DNA of 64,000 nt, taken from Tetramitus jugosus. Taxonomy: Eukaryota > Protista > Heterolobosea. The stretch is taken from the NCBI GenBank assembly GCA_937625935.1, contig OW569387.1:310001-374000 (forward strand), given 5' to 3'. Made by a program: the position numbers and the translations under genes. Below, one piece after another: positions 10,713 to 24,529 of the stretch (its first letter is position 1; every line of letters begins with the position of its first letter). The notes beneath the pieces are model-generated. The model saw nothing but the letters and a program-made list of their open reading frames with translations, was not told the DNA's origin and ran no database searches.

Positions 10713-11269
10713 ATCTCTCCAATGCTAACTTGCTTCAACCGAAAATGTTTTGCACTTTAGCTCTTCCTTGTAGTCGCGAGATTCATTGCCAGCGAAGCAC
10801 TGTAAATAAAAAATTTTCTGGGCGTTGGAAATCAATCCGTGGATTGATTGTGTTGGTCCTGAGCGCTGATATATCTGATGAGATAAATGTCATGATCGTA
10901 CTGCAGACAATCAATATGATCTGCGATCAAATGACACGACGCGTTGCAGTTGTCAGAACAGGGTTGGCTTTTGAAATCAAAAATAAGTCAGATTGATATG
11001 AAGCGAGTCTCAACTGCAACCAACACAGGTTCATTGGTGTTTTTACCTGTGTATATATATATTCATTGGTGACCAGAATGATTCCCAGGCCACAAGTGGT
11101 GATTTTCTGCTTGGTGTGTTGTACCCAGTAGGAAAATTGTTTTTCAATTATTTTCATGAACATTCAACAAAGGGTCGCCCCGGTCAACCAGCGTATTCAA
11201 CAAAAGTACAAAACTCATAAAACTCAAAACGAAACAACAATCACTCACGTCACAACACATATATCGAAA

Positions 11270-11784
11270 ATGGTTTCAAACACTACCATCCGTACTCGTA
11301 AGTTTATGACCAACAGATTGCTTGCCAGAAAGCAATTCGTACGTATCCCATTTTCTCACAAAATGTGAAATATATTACTTGTAGATAATGTCAAGAGACA
11401 AAAACTAATACCAACCGTAATTTGTTAAAATTGAATTTCATCCTGTAGGTTGTTGATGTTCTTCATCCAGGTACCCAATCCTTGAAGAACACTGAAGTCA
11501 AGGAAAAGATCTGCAAGATGTACAAGATCGACAACCCAAAGACCCTCTTCATCTTTGGATTCAAGACTCAATTCGGAGGTGGTAAGTCCACTGGTTTTGG
11601 TTTGATCTACGACTCTATTGATGAGGCTAGAAAGTTTGAACCAAAGTACAGACTTGTCAGAAACGCACTTGTTGCCAAGAGCAAGGTTTCCAGAAAGCAA
11701 ATCAAGGAAAAGAAGAACAGAGCTAAGGTCAAGAGAGGAAAGGAGAAGGTTAAGATTCTGTACAAGAGTGAAGGAAAGAAGTAA
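11270..11784 (+). CDS. RPS24: 40S ribosomal protein S24 (eS24); join(11270..11338,11449..11784)
   Basis: [18 protein letters not shown]|VVDVLHPG...[20 protein letters not shown]; GTACGT..TAG intron, phase 0. Confidence 0.97.
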
Positions 11785-11951
11785 ATCCTTTTATCAATCT
11801 TTTCAGATTTATAGTAGTTGTTTATTCTACATTATAAAACCAAATTTCGTTAATTGTTGCTCTTGTCAACTTTTCTTGCATTTTTTGTTGCCTCCCTTTT
11901 CTTCTTTTGAAAAATCACCTGAACGAAAACAATCACGAAAAAAGAACAACA

Positions 11952-12365
11952 ATGTCATCATCAACAGCATCACAGAAGAAGCCAAGAGAACAAATTTTGG
12001 ATCTCGAAAAGAGTATGAACAAGGAGATTATCATCAAGTTCAGTGGAGGACGAGAAGTTGTGGGAACTCTCAAGGGATTCGATCAGATGGTCAACGTTGT
12101 GCTTGATAACGCTAGGGAGTACATTAGAGACGAGGACGATAAACAGAAGCGAAAAGTCGTTGTGAGTGAACAGACGAATGAAATGTTCCAAGTGACACGC
12201 AAACTCGGTATTGTTGTGTGCAGAGGCACATCCATCATGTACATTTGTCCAATGATTGGTACGGAACAGATTGATAATCCATTTGTGGGTGACGAAGATG
12301 ATGAAGATGACGAAGAAGAAGAAGATGGCGGTGGTGTAAATACGACATCAGAGGATACTGCATAA
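11952..12365 (+). CDS. LSM7: U6 snRNA-associated Sm-like protein LSm7
   Basis: KKPREQILDL..KFSGGREVVGTLKGFDQMVNVVLD...RKLGIVVCRGTSI..GTEQIDNPF; acidic tail. Confidence 0.93.
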   Translation: MSSSTASQKKPREQILDLEKSMNKEIIIKFSGGREVVGTLKGFDQMVNVVLDNAREYIRDEDDKQKRKVVVSEQTNEMFQVTRKLGIVVCRGTSIMYICPMIGTEQIDNPFVGDEDDEDDEEEEDGGGVNTTSEDTA

Positions 12366-12720
12366 ACAAGAACCTCTTTTACGATTATTATTATGTGATT
12401 TATTCATTTTCATTTTTGATCATGACAGCACTGGGGACAGAAAAATTCTACCGAGATGGCATTGCCTGCCCTCACGAGTCCACTGAACTAGGATCTTTGT
12501 TTTTTTTGGAATGTTGGATCAGTCAGGATGATTACTACTTTAGAATCATGTTGTCTGGAGGTTGCATCCGTTCGTTGTATTGTATCTTTTGTATTTGTGT
12601 TCAGATCAGCAGAACAGCTGTTTGACAGACTATCTTGGCGCCAAAAATGACCTTACGGACACAGTTTGAAAAAAACCGCTCCTGCTTCTTGTTCTGCGAT
12701 CGAAAGCCACCGTCAGAGAA

Positions 12721-15070
12721 ATGAAGAGAGCAACAGCAGGACCAAGTAAATCCTCTTTGGGAAACACAGGTGGATCCTTCAAGAAGAAAGGAACAGGTCA
12801 TCCAAAGAAGAGCGATATCGGTAATGATGACCACGAGTTGACATTTAGAGCTAATCATGATAACAGCTTTGACATGGTAAGTGTAACACACACAAGAGGG
12901 ATCTCTCTTTTCGTAGTTGTTTTCTTATTGCGTTACGCTTGACTAATGACTGACATCACCAAAGAGTGATTCTGTACCAACAAGGACTGTTCTTCTGTCT
13001 GAAAAGGATCTGAATCAACCAATTGATAGAATCTTGGAGGCAACGAACCCTAATGCGCCTCACAATCTAGTGCGGTTCTCATACTTGGAACAGAGCTACA
13101 AGTTTGAGCACTCGGTCGAACAAATGGCTATTCATTTGAGTGAAGATGGGTAAGTACTGCATTTATCAGCATTTTTCTATAACACAGTAGTTTAACATTT
13201 CCTTCATTCCTATCCTATTAGGACAATGATGTTAAAGGATGGAGAAGAAGCTAAAATAGCTGCTGCTTATCACAGTCAATCACAACAGCAACAAGAGGCA
13301 CAAGAGATGGCAGATGCATCAACAAACACAACTCGAGCCACTCCTTCTGGTGTTTCAACAGATACTGGTGATTTGGAATCTACTGTGAAACCATTGAGAA
13401 ATCAATTTAATTTCTCTGAGAGAGCCACTCAGACTTTCAATCAACCAATGAAGGATCGTTCAGTTGTCTCCGAACCGCCACCGTCCAAGGAATTCTCAGC
13501 CAATGCGAACCAATGGGCCATTTATGATGCATACATGGAGTATTTTGAACAACAGAAGAAGCTGACTTTGAAGAGCAATAGTTCGAACAAGAAGGGTGAC
13601 TCGAAGAGTGACAGTGAAGAGCGAAAGAAGGAGAAGGCAAAGATTAACCACGAAATTTTGTATTCAGAGAATATGAGGAAATCAGCAAAGTTGATGGAGA
13701 GAATGGTAAATCAGAATTCACATGATGAAATATTGCAGGACTTTAAGTTTTGGGACGATGAGTCTGATCCGTATAGAAAACCAGCGGGATCTCTTCTGCC
13801 TCTTTGGTCATTTTTCAGCGAGAAGGCAGGCAAGAAGCAGGTGACATCCATTTGTTGGAATCCAAAATACCATGACATGTTCGCTGTTGCATACGGTAGT
13901 TATGACTTCATGAAACAACGAAGTGGTGTAGTTTGTTGCTATACTCTTAAGAATCCCTCCTATCCCGAATATTCGTTCACAACCGAAACCGGTGTCATGT
14001 GCCTCGATTTTCATCCAAAGCATCCTTCGTTACTCGCAGTTGGTTTGTACGATGGTACATGTATGATATTTGACATGAGACAGAAGGAGAACAAACCATT
14101 GATATTGTCAACAGTCAAAACAGGAAAGCATAGCGGAGTTGTATGGCAAGTATTCTGGGAGAAAGAAACAGTTTCCAACTCGTTATCATTCTTCAGCATT
14201 AGCTCAGATGGTCGAGTAACGAATTGGACTCTCTCGAAGAATGAACTCCAATACACTGATGTCATGCATCTCAAACTAGAATCCAACAGAGTAAGTTCAG
14301 GCAACAGTACGAATATATCCATGGCTGCCAAGAGTATCCGTGCAAGTGTTCTCGTGGAAGATACATCTGATGATTATCTCATAGGATTGGCTGGTGGAAC
14401 CTGTTTCGATTTCAACAAGAAACACGAGCAAATATTTATTGTAGGAACAGAGGAAGGAAAGATATTTGAATGTTCGAAGGCTTACAATTCCCAGTACCTG
14501 CAAACATATGATGGTCACTCGATGACTGTTTACTCTGTCAAATGGAACTATTATCACCCAAGTGTATTTCTATCCTGTAGTGCTGATTGGACCGTAAAAT
14601 TGTGGCACAGAGATCACAAGAAACCTCTCATGTCATTCGATCTTGGAAGTAGTGTCGGTGATGTTGCCTGGGCTCCATATTCATCCACTACGTTCGCTGC
14701 AGTTACTGAGGACGGCAAGGTCCATGTATTTGATCTGAGCATCGTGAAGCATGACTCTCTGTGTCGTCAACCTGTGATCAAGAAGGCGAAGCTCACCCAC
14801 ATTGCCTTCAATCCCACCGAGAAGATTATTCTCGTGTCGGATGACAAGGGACAAGTTCAGACACTTAAACTCTCACCTAACCTTCGTGTCATTGCTCCAA
14901 TTAAGGCCGGCGAAGACTCACAACCCACACAAGGAGGTCACGCAGTCGTTCCTCAAGCTGCCAACACATTCAAAAAGCTCGAGAATGAAGAGGAATTGAG
15001 AAGCGAAACAGAGATATCCAAACTGAACGAAGTGCTAGATATTGCCATACGAACTAATGATGTCATCTAA
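12721..15070 (+). CDS. DNAI1: Axonemal outer-arm dynein intermediate chain (DNAI1/IC78-like); join(12721..12876,12965..13149,13222..15070)
   Basis: RILEATNPNAPHNLVRFSY, LRNQFNFSERATQTFN, ERMVNQN, LLPLWSF, WD40 repeats, LKLSPNLR; two GTAAGT introns keep the frame. Confidence 0.92.
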
Positions 15071-15266
15071 GCTTAGATTGGATCATCCACTCACGAGTCG
15101 CAAAGTAAAACACACCAAGTGCATTCAGCTCTAAAAAACAACTTGAATATTTTATTCAACCCAGGGCAAGCGTTCTGATCTCTCTCCACATCAAATGCAA
15201 CAAAGAGATAACATTCTCAACGCAGCTTTCAAAAATTCATACATGTATCGATCATTATTGATGAAT

Positions 15267-15599
15267 TTATTCTTCAGCAGCACCATAGAGCACTTGATCA
15301 ATCTTTTCCCACAAGAATGGTCTTGGAGCAGCCCAGACAACCACAACCAAAATTGGGATGGCCCACTTACCGAGGAACTTGCCTCTGTCTATGAAACCAG
15401 AAGCGTCCAATCCTCTCCAGTATGACTTGTTGGACAAGATGCCTCCATCTTGAGCATAAGTTGGTATTCTGAATTGAGCAACATTGTTGCAAGCTTGTTG
15501 AATTCTGAGGGAGGTGGCAGACTTGACTTGAGGTTGAGTCACCTTGGAGGTGGCAGCCTTGAGGGCAGAAGGGGAGGTTGCAACAGTTGTGAGAACCAT
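15267..15599 (-). CDS. Small single-TM, probably mitochondrial protein (possibly a Qcr10-like complex III subunit)
   Basis: 110 aa. Ser/Thr/Ala/Lys-rich N-terminus without acidic residues, one TM (WAIPILVVVVWAA), strongly biased codons. Family assignment is weak. Confidence 0.55.
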   Translation of the reverse strand: MVLTTVATSPSALKAATSKVTQPQVKSATSLRIQQACNNVAQFRIPTYAQDGGILSNKSYWRGLDASGFIDRGKFLGKWAIPILVVVVWAAPRPFLWEKIDQVLYGAAEE

Positions 15600-16372
15600 T
15601 TTTTTCGTTTTATTACAATTATCGTCGTGTGTGTTGGGTGATGATTTTGCGTTTGTGGCGGAAATGAGATTGATTTTTTCGGTGTCGGCAAAAACTTAGC
15701 GCCGGTGTAAATTTACAAAATGGTCCTCTGGTGGGTTGTATTTCATTGGTTGTTGATCTTGCTGACATTGATCACATAAGGATGTATAAGCTTTGAATTT
15801 CATCACCAAGGCGATTTGATTGATGTGTAATTGTGTCTCTTTCTCAAGTCCTTCAAATCTCCACTTTAAGTAAGAGATGAAACGCCGTAACATGAAAGAA
15901 CAACTGCAGGTTCCACCAAGAATTCATTTCTCCTCCGAGGGTCATCTTTGATCAGCCATTCAATGCAATTCGTACAGGTCATCCAGTGCATGACTCTTGA
16001 ATTACAAAGAGGATCTTCGACTATTTTGAGATGTGGATTCCATTTTAGCCTCGTTTACCTCTCGAGATCCAACAACCTCTTTGTTCAACAAACAGTTTTC
16101 TCTCTGATTCTCTCACACAAAAACAACAAAACCTCCATTTTCTCTCGATCGATTGATCAACACTCACACATACCTCTGTTCACAGAATTTGATCAAAGCA
16201 AACGAAATAAAATTTTTCCGAGCGTCGACCAAAATCAAAACGAACAACAATTATCGTGGTAGATCAGAGCAGCACATTCAACAACAACAACAACCAATAA
16301 GCAAATTATTGCATCGTGCGTCGATCAACAACACGAACTCATCATCATAATAATACTATAAACAAAAACAAC

Positions 16373-19300
16373 ATGTCAGCAACAACAACAACAACAACAA
16401 GCAATATAGATGTGTCAGCCAGTGATTACAAGTACAATCAATTTATGCCACCGTTTGTCAAGGAGACCATCTCACAGGAGGCCATTGAATGGAAGGAACA
16501 ATTCTTTACAGGTTTCAAAAATGCTCTCATTGATGAAGACAATGTAGATTGGACATGTGCCATGTCATCTGTTCGAATCTTTCATCGGTATGTGTTTAAA
16601 TCTTCAACCAGTGTTGCAGTAGTAGCAACATATGCACACAAACATGGAAACATTTTTATGGTTGTTTGAAAAATGAAATTGTATTGACCTGATTTTTCTC
16701 GTCTGATCTCACATAAAACTTTTTGTTTAGTTATGCATCGAGTTTGGCCTATCCATTGAGTGACAATGAACGAATGGAACTGTGTCAACTCATGATTCCA
16801 CTGCTATTGCATCCATCGTGCTCCAGTGACTCACAAACACGATTGGCCACTGCACTCAATCGAGTCATCAAGAATCACATGACTACACAATCGGATATTC
16901 GTCAAAATTTGAGTCAAGTTTTCTCATGGAGATCATTCTATGACATTTTGCATCGATTGTACTTTAGAAAGTATCGATCCTTGTTGTACACTCCATCGGA
17001 CGGTCATCGGAAATCCATGGTGACACTCATTGCACGAATGAGAAGATTTTTCTCAGCAGAGGTGACAGATGAGGTGTGGAACGAGTTTAGACCACTCATG
17101 TGCCCTCATGATCACATGAGTAATCAAGCACAGGGATTCTTGTGCTTGTTCCTGCCGACAAACAATGGCCGAACAGATTGGTTGCCCGAAATTTTTCAAA
17201 TGTGGATCTGGAATGACAATAATCCATACTGGGACTTTAATTTCTTTTATTTGTTGAGACGGTTGGCACAGGACAGTGTGTCTCTGGTGGACTGGAGACC
17301 GCATCTCGAATTGATTTTTACTCGAGTGTTGAGAGCCATTGATTTACCAGTGGGATCCACTGCGTCACGTGTCATGTACAATCGATTCCCCTCTCAGTCA
17401 TGCAGTCTCTTTACCGGTAATTTCAATCAGTGCAAGTACTCATTGATTGAGCACTGTGCGTACTTGATTGTTTGGATGATGTCTCCAAAGTGCCCAGAAG
17501 CCATGGACTATCTCAAGAAATTGTTCAAATCGATCGAGTCGTACTATCATCCAAGCAACGGTGGCAATTGGTCCAATGTGTTGGGCGTGTTCCTTCAATC
17601 ACTGTGCAAGGGCATTGCCAGAAGAGTGCTCAATGAGAGAAACAATGGAGACTGCCATGTTCCAACTGAGCACAGACTCACGGACGATCAGATTAAGGAG
17701 TTTGTAGAATTGGTGTTGCCGATTGCACAGACTGCCATCTATGGAAAGAGTGTTCGATTGGCCATGTCTGCTGTTCAAGCAATCAAGCATGTCACCTATC
17801 TATCACCTGCACTCGTATTGCCACAGATTATGGAGCGCATTTCAGAAGCCTTGCAAACACTGACAGAAACTCATCAAACAACAGCTGCCATGGGCCTGTT
17901 GAGTGTCATCATTTTCCCAATGATGAAAACGAGACAGTTCGCAGCCAGAGACTACATTCATGATCTAATGAGCTATTCGCTGCCCGGTATTGATGCCAAT
18001 GATCCATTCAAGACCTATATTACGATCAAGTTCTTTGTCAATCTGTTGACAGTTGTGCCGCTCTTCTCGCAAGTGTCCTATGGATCTACAGTCAGTAATG
18101 ATGACACTGGTGACGAAGAAGATCCATATGCAAACGAACCACCACTAGCCGTTCAATTCTTCGAAGATTGGTGCATTGAATTGTTGAATCGAGTGTTCAG
18201 AGTCTTCCAGACAATCACCATTGACAGAGGATCGCAACAAAATGAAAATTCGGACAACAATCTGCCAATTCGCGCTCTCGCAAGACTGATGTTTATGCAA
18301 TTGTCTCCACAATTACACAAACTGTGCGTGCGCAAGGTCATTGAATACTTGCAAAACAATTTCACACCAAATGCTGACAAGTTTTTGGGTGATATTTGCC
18401 AGTCTGCTGCCACCTATGTATCAAGTTCGTCATCCTCTGAAGATTCGTCCTATGATCCTTTTGGAATGATTCTCGATGTATTTTACTCCAAATTGGTTGA
18501 CAATCAAGGTCAACTGAACAATTTGACGGATTCTGAATTGTCGTACTATGTATATCTCGTTGCCAAGACTGTTCAAGTCAATCCATACACACTGAAACAT
18601 CAGCAAAGGTTAATGACCATCATCCAACTCACATGGCATCACAAGGAGAAGAAGGTGATTAAGGCTGTTGGTAAATTAGTCAAGAATCTGCTACAGTCTC
18701 TCACGACCGTATATCCATCGGAATACAGAAATGTGAAGCCATCAATCTGGGGATCGGAGCAATTCCAAGCTCGTCACTGGAAGTACTGGGGTCGATTCTG
18801 TGGCATGCAAGATGTGGACACACAGTGGCATGTACCATCGCAAGAGTCACTAGACTTTGCCACTCTCGTATACAATACCTTCTCAGAGCAGCCATTGTCC
18901 TATTTGCAAGCATTGCCCACTGATTACAACAGACACAAGCTTGTGAATCAGTTGATGAGATTGCGCTATGTACTTCGTGGTTCCTCGCTTATGCTTCCTG
19001 AGATGAATGAGAATGTGGAGTCACAGTACACAAAGCACATTGCCAAAAGAGAGGTCAACTCTGGAACATTTACCATTCCAGACGATAAGCTCAAGTATAC
19101 TCGATATCAAGTCGCATCCATCTTGCATCACACATTCGAAACACTGGTATCACTCAGCAGTGGAGACTCCTTGTCTCCAATGACACCAGCCACACCAACG
19201 ACTCCTACAACGCCAACTGGAGCTGAAAAGTCAACTCTGGATCAAACCAAAGTCTTCAGTCTATTGGTCAAGTGCTACTTTGCTGTTATTTGCTTGAGAG

Positions 19301-21975
19301 GTAAGACGTTCAGTAAGACTCTCGACCATTCGAGGGCTCATGAATTCACCAAGAGAAACCTGTTCAAGTCATACAATGAGAAGCAAAAGTATCCAAGAAC
19401 ATTCTTGGTTCAAAGAGCGCATCAGATCCTTCAATCCAGAGTGTACATGAGAACGATTCCCTATACGGATGTTCACTCGAAATTGCTCGAAGATTTGAAG
19501 GTATTGGCACTGTCTGAATATTCAAAGGTGAGAACTAGGGCACAAGGTGTTCTCGTCAACTCGCTCAAATTGTTTACATCAAAGTTGTTCAGAGACTTCT
19601 TGCCCGATGTCATCAGTATCCTATCTGACTCCAAGAGCAAGAACTCTGCTGTCAACGGAGCCATTTACACTCTCCAGAGAAAGAGTGTTGTCCGAAGAAT
19701 TACTGATGATTGGAAGCTGTTGAGTCATTTTATGACTAGTGTTGTTCAATCACACTTTATTGAGAAGGCATCAATCCAAAACAGATTGAATTCACTATTT
19801 GTCACCTATTCTGTCGCTTTCAAGGAACTGAAATTGCAAGAGTACAAGAATGGACACGTGGTTGATCATTCTGAAGACTATCAGAACTTGGTGCAAGGAT
19901 TGCTGAAAATATTGAAAGAGTCAAACATGCATTGGAGATATGAACTCATGTTGTACACTGTGCTTGTTCTATTGATCCGTAGTGATCGCCAGATTCTCGT
20001 GTCAATGGACATTGTCAAGGTGTTCCTCAAGAGTTTAATCAGTGATGTCGTGCTGTTGCGAACAGGTTCTTTGAAGGCCATGTCCATGGTGCTCATTCAA
20101 TACAAAGCGCAAGTACAGAAGAGAACTGTCATCAATCAGAGCACTGATCCAGCAATGCCTTCCACTGATGAGCCAATTGTTTCATTGAACGACGCTGAAT
20201 CGTACAAGAGTGCACGTTTCCACGACAAGAACTACTATGGATGGAATTGTAAGCCAAAGGAAGTCTCAGTGTATGATTACACAGTAGCACCAAATGCAGT
20301 GCCTGAGCTACCAGAGTTCCAAAAGGTGCTCCGCGAGATCATGTTCGAAGGCGATTGGATGGAGAAGTTCTTTGAGTATCAAGCGAGTCAACCACGTGTC
20401 AACAGAGTGACCTTCTCTGACATGATTGCTCAATCACTCAAGGGATTCTTCCAAATCCTTGGCATTGAATTCCTGGAGAAGTCCAAGCCTCATTTCGAGA
20501 AGTTGTTTGTCGATGTGGGCAGTGGTAAACCCGAAGAAAGAAATGCACTCGCATTTGCTAGTGAGTTTATTGGTGCTCTCGCCAGAGGTTCCAAGCACTG
20601 GTCATTCGAAGACAGAAAAGCTGCATTCGAGTACATTCTACCACATTTCAAGAATGGACTCATGGCATGCTCTCAGAGCTGCATACCTGATTGGCATGCT
20701 GCGCTCCGATTCTGCGTCTATGATCTTGATGTCAGGAGATGTATCTGGCTGAGAGATGCACTGATTCAGAACTTGGATTTGAGTAGTGGTACAACTGCCA
20801 CTCAATCAAAATCCATTGGCTACTTATTCCCTGTGCTCAGCGAGTTCTCATGGAGAGATCCACACACGAATCAACAAATTGCTGAAACGTTGTTCCTTCA
20901 TTTCGATCATCCATATCAGCAAGTGAGACAGAAGATTGCAGACACGCTGACACTCAACTTTAGATTCATGTGGAGAACCACTCACGCGCATTTGTTCCAC
21001 AACAAGATACCTGCATTGGAATCGATCCTTAAGCAAATGAGCGATCGTTTGAAGAAGGCCAGTGCAGAGTCAAACTCTGATGATTTGAATTCCCCTGCTG
21101 AAAACTTGAGAAAAATGTGCTCATCAATGATTGTCACTCTTGTTGAAATGGCCTCGAATCTCTCTGTAATTCCCTACTTGGACACCATTGTGCCACTACT
21201 CTTTGATATTTATGCTGAAACGAGAGATTCAGAGCTGCAAAACAATGTCAGACGAACATTCTTGAGCATCTCAGCCAGTTTGTTCCCTGGTGAATACGTC
21301 ACATCGACATTGAAGATGTTGGCCTATCAGAAGGAACACGGTAATCACAAGCTCAGGATTCAGTTGAGCATATTCTTGTTCTTGCAGAGCTTCGCATACA
21401 GACATCAATTCTACATGCTGCATCCAGACGAAGAAAACTTGTTGTTCAAGATGCTCGAAGACGGTATTCAGAATTCGAACAATGAGATTGAGGTGCGAGA
21501 ACTAGCATGTGAGACGCTGGGTGATTTTATTCGTATTGCCAGCGACACCAAAGTTCAAAAGTTCTTGGAACACTTTAAGAAGGTGGCTGTCTTGAAGAAG
21601 CCTGTGAAGAAGAGACGTTCTACACCAGCAAGTGCTTCACAAGCATCAGCAACAACACAAGGTGAGAGCGAGGCCAGCACAGGCTCAGATCCACTGTATG
21701 CTGTGCTTGGACTGTCTGCTCTGATTCGCAGTTGCCCATATGAAATGCCAGACTGGTTGCCCGACGTTCTGATTCAGTTGTCAACTTATCAGCACTACAC
21801 AGCACCCAAGAACTCTAAAATCAACTCCCAAGCGTTGAATGAAGTGGTCAAGAAGACATTTGCTGTGTTCTGGAAGACACAGAGAGATCAATGGCACATC
21901 TCCAAGAAGAAGCTGTCCGAGGAACAACTGTTCGAAGTCACTTCCCTGCTCATTAGTCCAGTGTATTACGTGTAA
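16373..21975 (+). CDS. PSME4: Proteasome activator PA200/Blm10; join(16373..16587,16731..21975), ~1819 aa
   Basis: YNQFMP, ESYYHPSNGG, LPGIDANDPFKT, PYEMPDWLP and C-terminal SPVYYV (YYx gate-opening tail). Confidence 0.95.
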
Positions 21976-22179
21976 AAAACATACTAAATAAATTAACACT
22001 TTGTAAACCAACCAATACATTAAACATAAACACTTTGTTGAGAGGTAATCACGATTGGTGATCCATCTTTTACTAATACATCCATACGAAAATACATGCA
22101 GTATTCAACTACTTTGATACTACTCACTCTAGACCAAGAAATTCAGTTGTCATAGGACAACAACACACAGTCGCTGCAA

Positions 22180-23496
22180 TTACTTGCTCAACTTTTGGAA
22201 TTCTGGGAAGAGCTTCATGTCTTTCCAGTATTGAATGCTTTGCTGAACCAACTCTGTTGAAATCTCTGGATGCAAATAAGTAAAATCAGTCTTCTCAATT
22301 GCGGATCCATCAACAGACAGAGAAGTGTTGTACAAGAGCTCCTTGTCAATGTATGGACTCAATGGAGAGTGTTGAACATTGGATAGCTTGCACATGTCGG
22401 CCCACGGATTCATATGATTGTCATTGGCAGTCTCTGCAGCAGCTTGAATCTTGAGCTTGGCCACATTGCTGATAATAGTGCCAAAGAATCCAGAGTCAAT
22501 ACCAAACAATTGTTCCAAAATCTTGTTGAAACTCTCCTGGGAGGTATCACTCTTGTCTGCCACATTGAACACTGCTCCTCTCTTTTGAATTTGAGCATTC
22601 GTGCTGCTGCACAAGTGCCATATGGCTCTCACAACATCATCCACATGAACAGTGTTGATTCTGAGATCACCAGTCCACAAGAGCTTCATCTTGTCCTTTG
22701 TGTGAGTGTACGTGGCAGCACACACCAATCGAGGCATCAATCCATTGAGATCAGAAGGTCCATACACGATCGCTGGTCTCAAAATGGCATAATTGAGATC
22801 AGGTATGGTGCTAATGGCATCTTCAGCTTGCTTCTTGTACTTGGCCAATAGAGTCCATGGCTTGTATTTGCCATCTTCCTTGGAAGGCTTCTTTCCTGCT
22901 TCGTAGACTTGAGCAGTGCTGACTTCAATGAAACGATCAACACCTCTTTGTTGAGCTTCCTTTGCGCAGCTAACGGACACGTTGAGACACATTTGCTTGT
23001 ATTGGTTCTCGTCTTGACCATAACGAGTCTCTGCAGCCAAATTGATGACATAGTTCCAATTGCCATCTGCATCATCAAATGCTCTACCAATGTGAGCTGT
23101 ACGAGAGAGAAAGAAAAAGAAGAGTGAGTGTTGCGCGCACGACAAGAAATGAAAAAAAAACAGCGACACGGGCAATCGTAGATGAGAGATGCGCGCAGCG
23201 CAAAATCATCCACTCACAGCGCACAGCATGAAAAGCTTTTTCTGCAGTGTTGCTGTTGTTGAAATGATGACAATGATGAAAAACAATCAACACATACCTG
23301 GATTGTTCAAATTGGCTTGCTTGTACTCAACAATTGGGTTGTTGTAATAAGTCAAGAAATCTTGGTTCAAATAAGCTGTAGCTGGCAACTGCTTGTCAAC
23401 AACGCGAATTTTGCTTACAACTTGTTGATCAATCAAGTATTTGACCAAGTGACGGGCGATGAATCCTGTTCCTCCAAGAATTAATACTCTAGACAT
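22180..23496 (-). CDS. NAD-dependent epimerase/dehydratase (extended SDR); join(23298..23496,22180..23096)
   Basis: LILGGTGFIAR Rossmann motif, VINLAAET, STAQVY, YKKQAE, LRPAIVYGP; GTATGT..TACAG intron, phase 1. Confidence 0.9.
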
Positions 23497-23851
23497 GGTA
23501 ATTTATTGTTCGTGTTGGTTGGTTGGTAGTGGGTGGTTTGAATGTTGTTATTGTTGTGAAAAGTGAACAAACGTTTGACGCAGTTTTCTGTTTGCTTTAG
23601 ATAACACTTTTTTTTCGCTAAGGAATTTTACAAAAAGGGGGCCTATTTGTTGTCAATGTCAGCACATGTTTCGTCAAATTGATTAGTCCTACTTGAGTAG
23701 TCGTGTGAATGTTCTCAGGTTGTACCGGTGTATCGTTCATTTACACACAATCAATATCTGATAACTTTGCTACCCATACTACACATGAAGGGAATTGGTT
23801 TCAGCTCTGTCATTGCCCAGTTCTCCGATTCAGTTGAATCTTCCCCACACA

Positions 23852-24529
23852 ATGTCAAAAAAAGACACGAGTTCCCCATTACCTTCAAACAAACATCCTC
23901 CAAACTTGCAGAAAAACAGAATGAAGCAGCAAAACAACATTAATCGATCTTTTACCAAACGAACACTCACTGTTTTGGCTATTCCTGTTATCGTCTTCCT
24001 CTTCATTTACACTACCATACAATTTCTCGGCCTGTCCAACGATCACAATCTTCAACAACAAAAACTTCACTCCGATAGCATCAATCGCAATCATCAAAAC
24101 CAACAACAACGCATGAATAATCAAGAAGGAAACACCATTCACAACATTGATTCATTAAGAGACGAATTTAGAAGACTCAACAGAAACAATAACAACAACA
24201 ACAATAATAATAATAACAAAATGGCTGATCCAATCGCATTGTACATTCTTCCAAAATTCTCAACTACGACCACGACAACTGCTGTGAATCAACTCGAAGG
24301 CAATCAAGAATTGATGAATCAATATGTGAATCAATGGTCCTCTGCCATCCAAGAAAAACTCGGTGTTCAGGGCGTGACCGTAAAATCTGTTTCCCCGCGC
24401 AAAGCGCTTTTGATTGTGCCAGCGGAGAATTCGGATAAATTGGAGGCGATACAAAAACTTTTACGGGAAATGGGAAATGTGGAGCACATGGAAAGAAAAA
24501 TGTCCTATCACACGATGAACAACAATTGA
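23852..24529 (+). CDS. Type II membrane protein with C-terminal subtilisin-propeptide/inhibitor I9-like domain (tentative)
   Basis: Basic N-terminus, TM LTVLAIPVIVFLFIYTTIQFLGL, Asn/Gln linker, ~95 aa alpha/beta domain ending LLREMGNVEHMERKMSYHTM. Confidence 0.55.
   Translation: MSKKDTSSPLPSNKHPPNLQKNRMKQQNNINRSFTKRTLTVLAIPVIVFLFIYTTIQFLGLSNDHNLQQQKLHSDSINRNHQNQQQRMNNQEGNTIHNIDSLRDEFRRLNRNNNNNNNNNNNKMADPIALYILPKFSTTTTTTAVNQLEGNQELMNQYVNQWSSAIQEKLGVQGVTVKSVSPRKALLIVPAENSDKLEAIQKLLREMGNVEHMERKMSYHTMNNN

Noticed and set aside
15696-16262. Short ORFs in the gap between the small mitochondrial-type gene and PSME4
   Set aside because: No motifs or convincing splice model; probably promoter/UTR.
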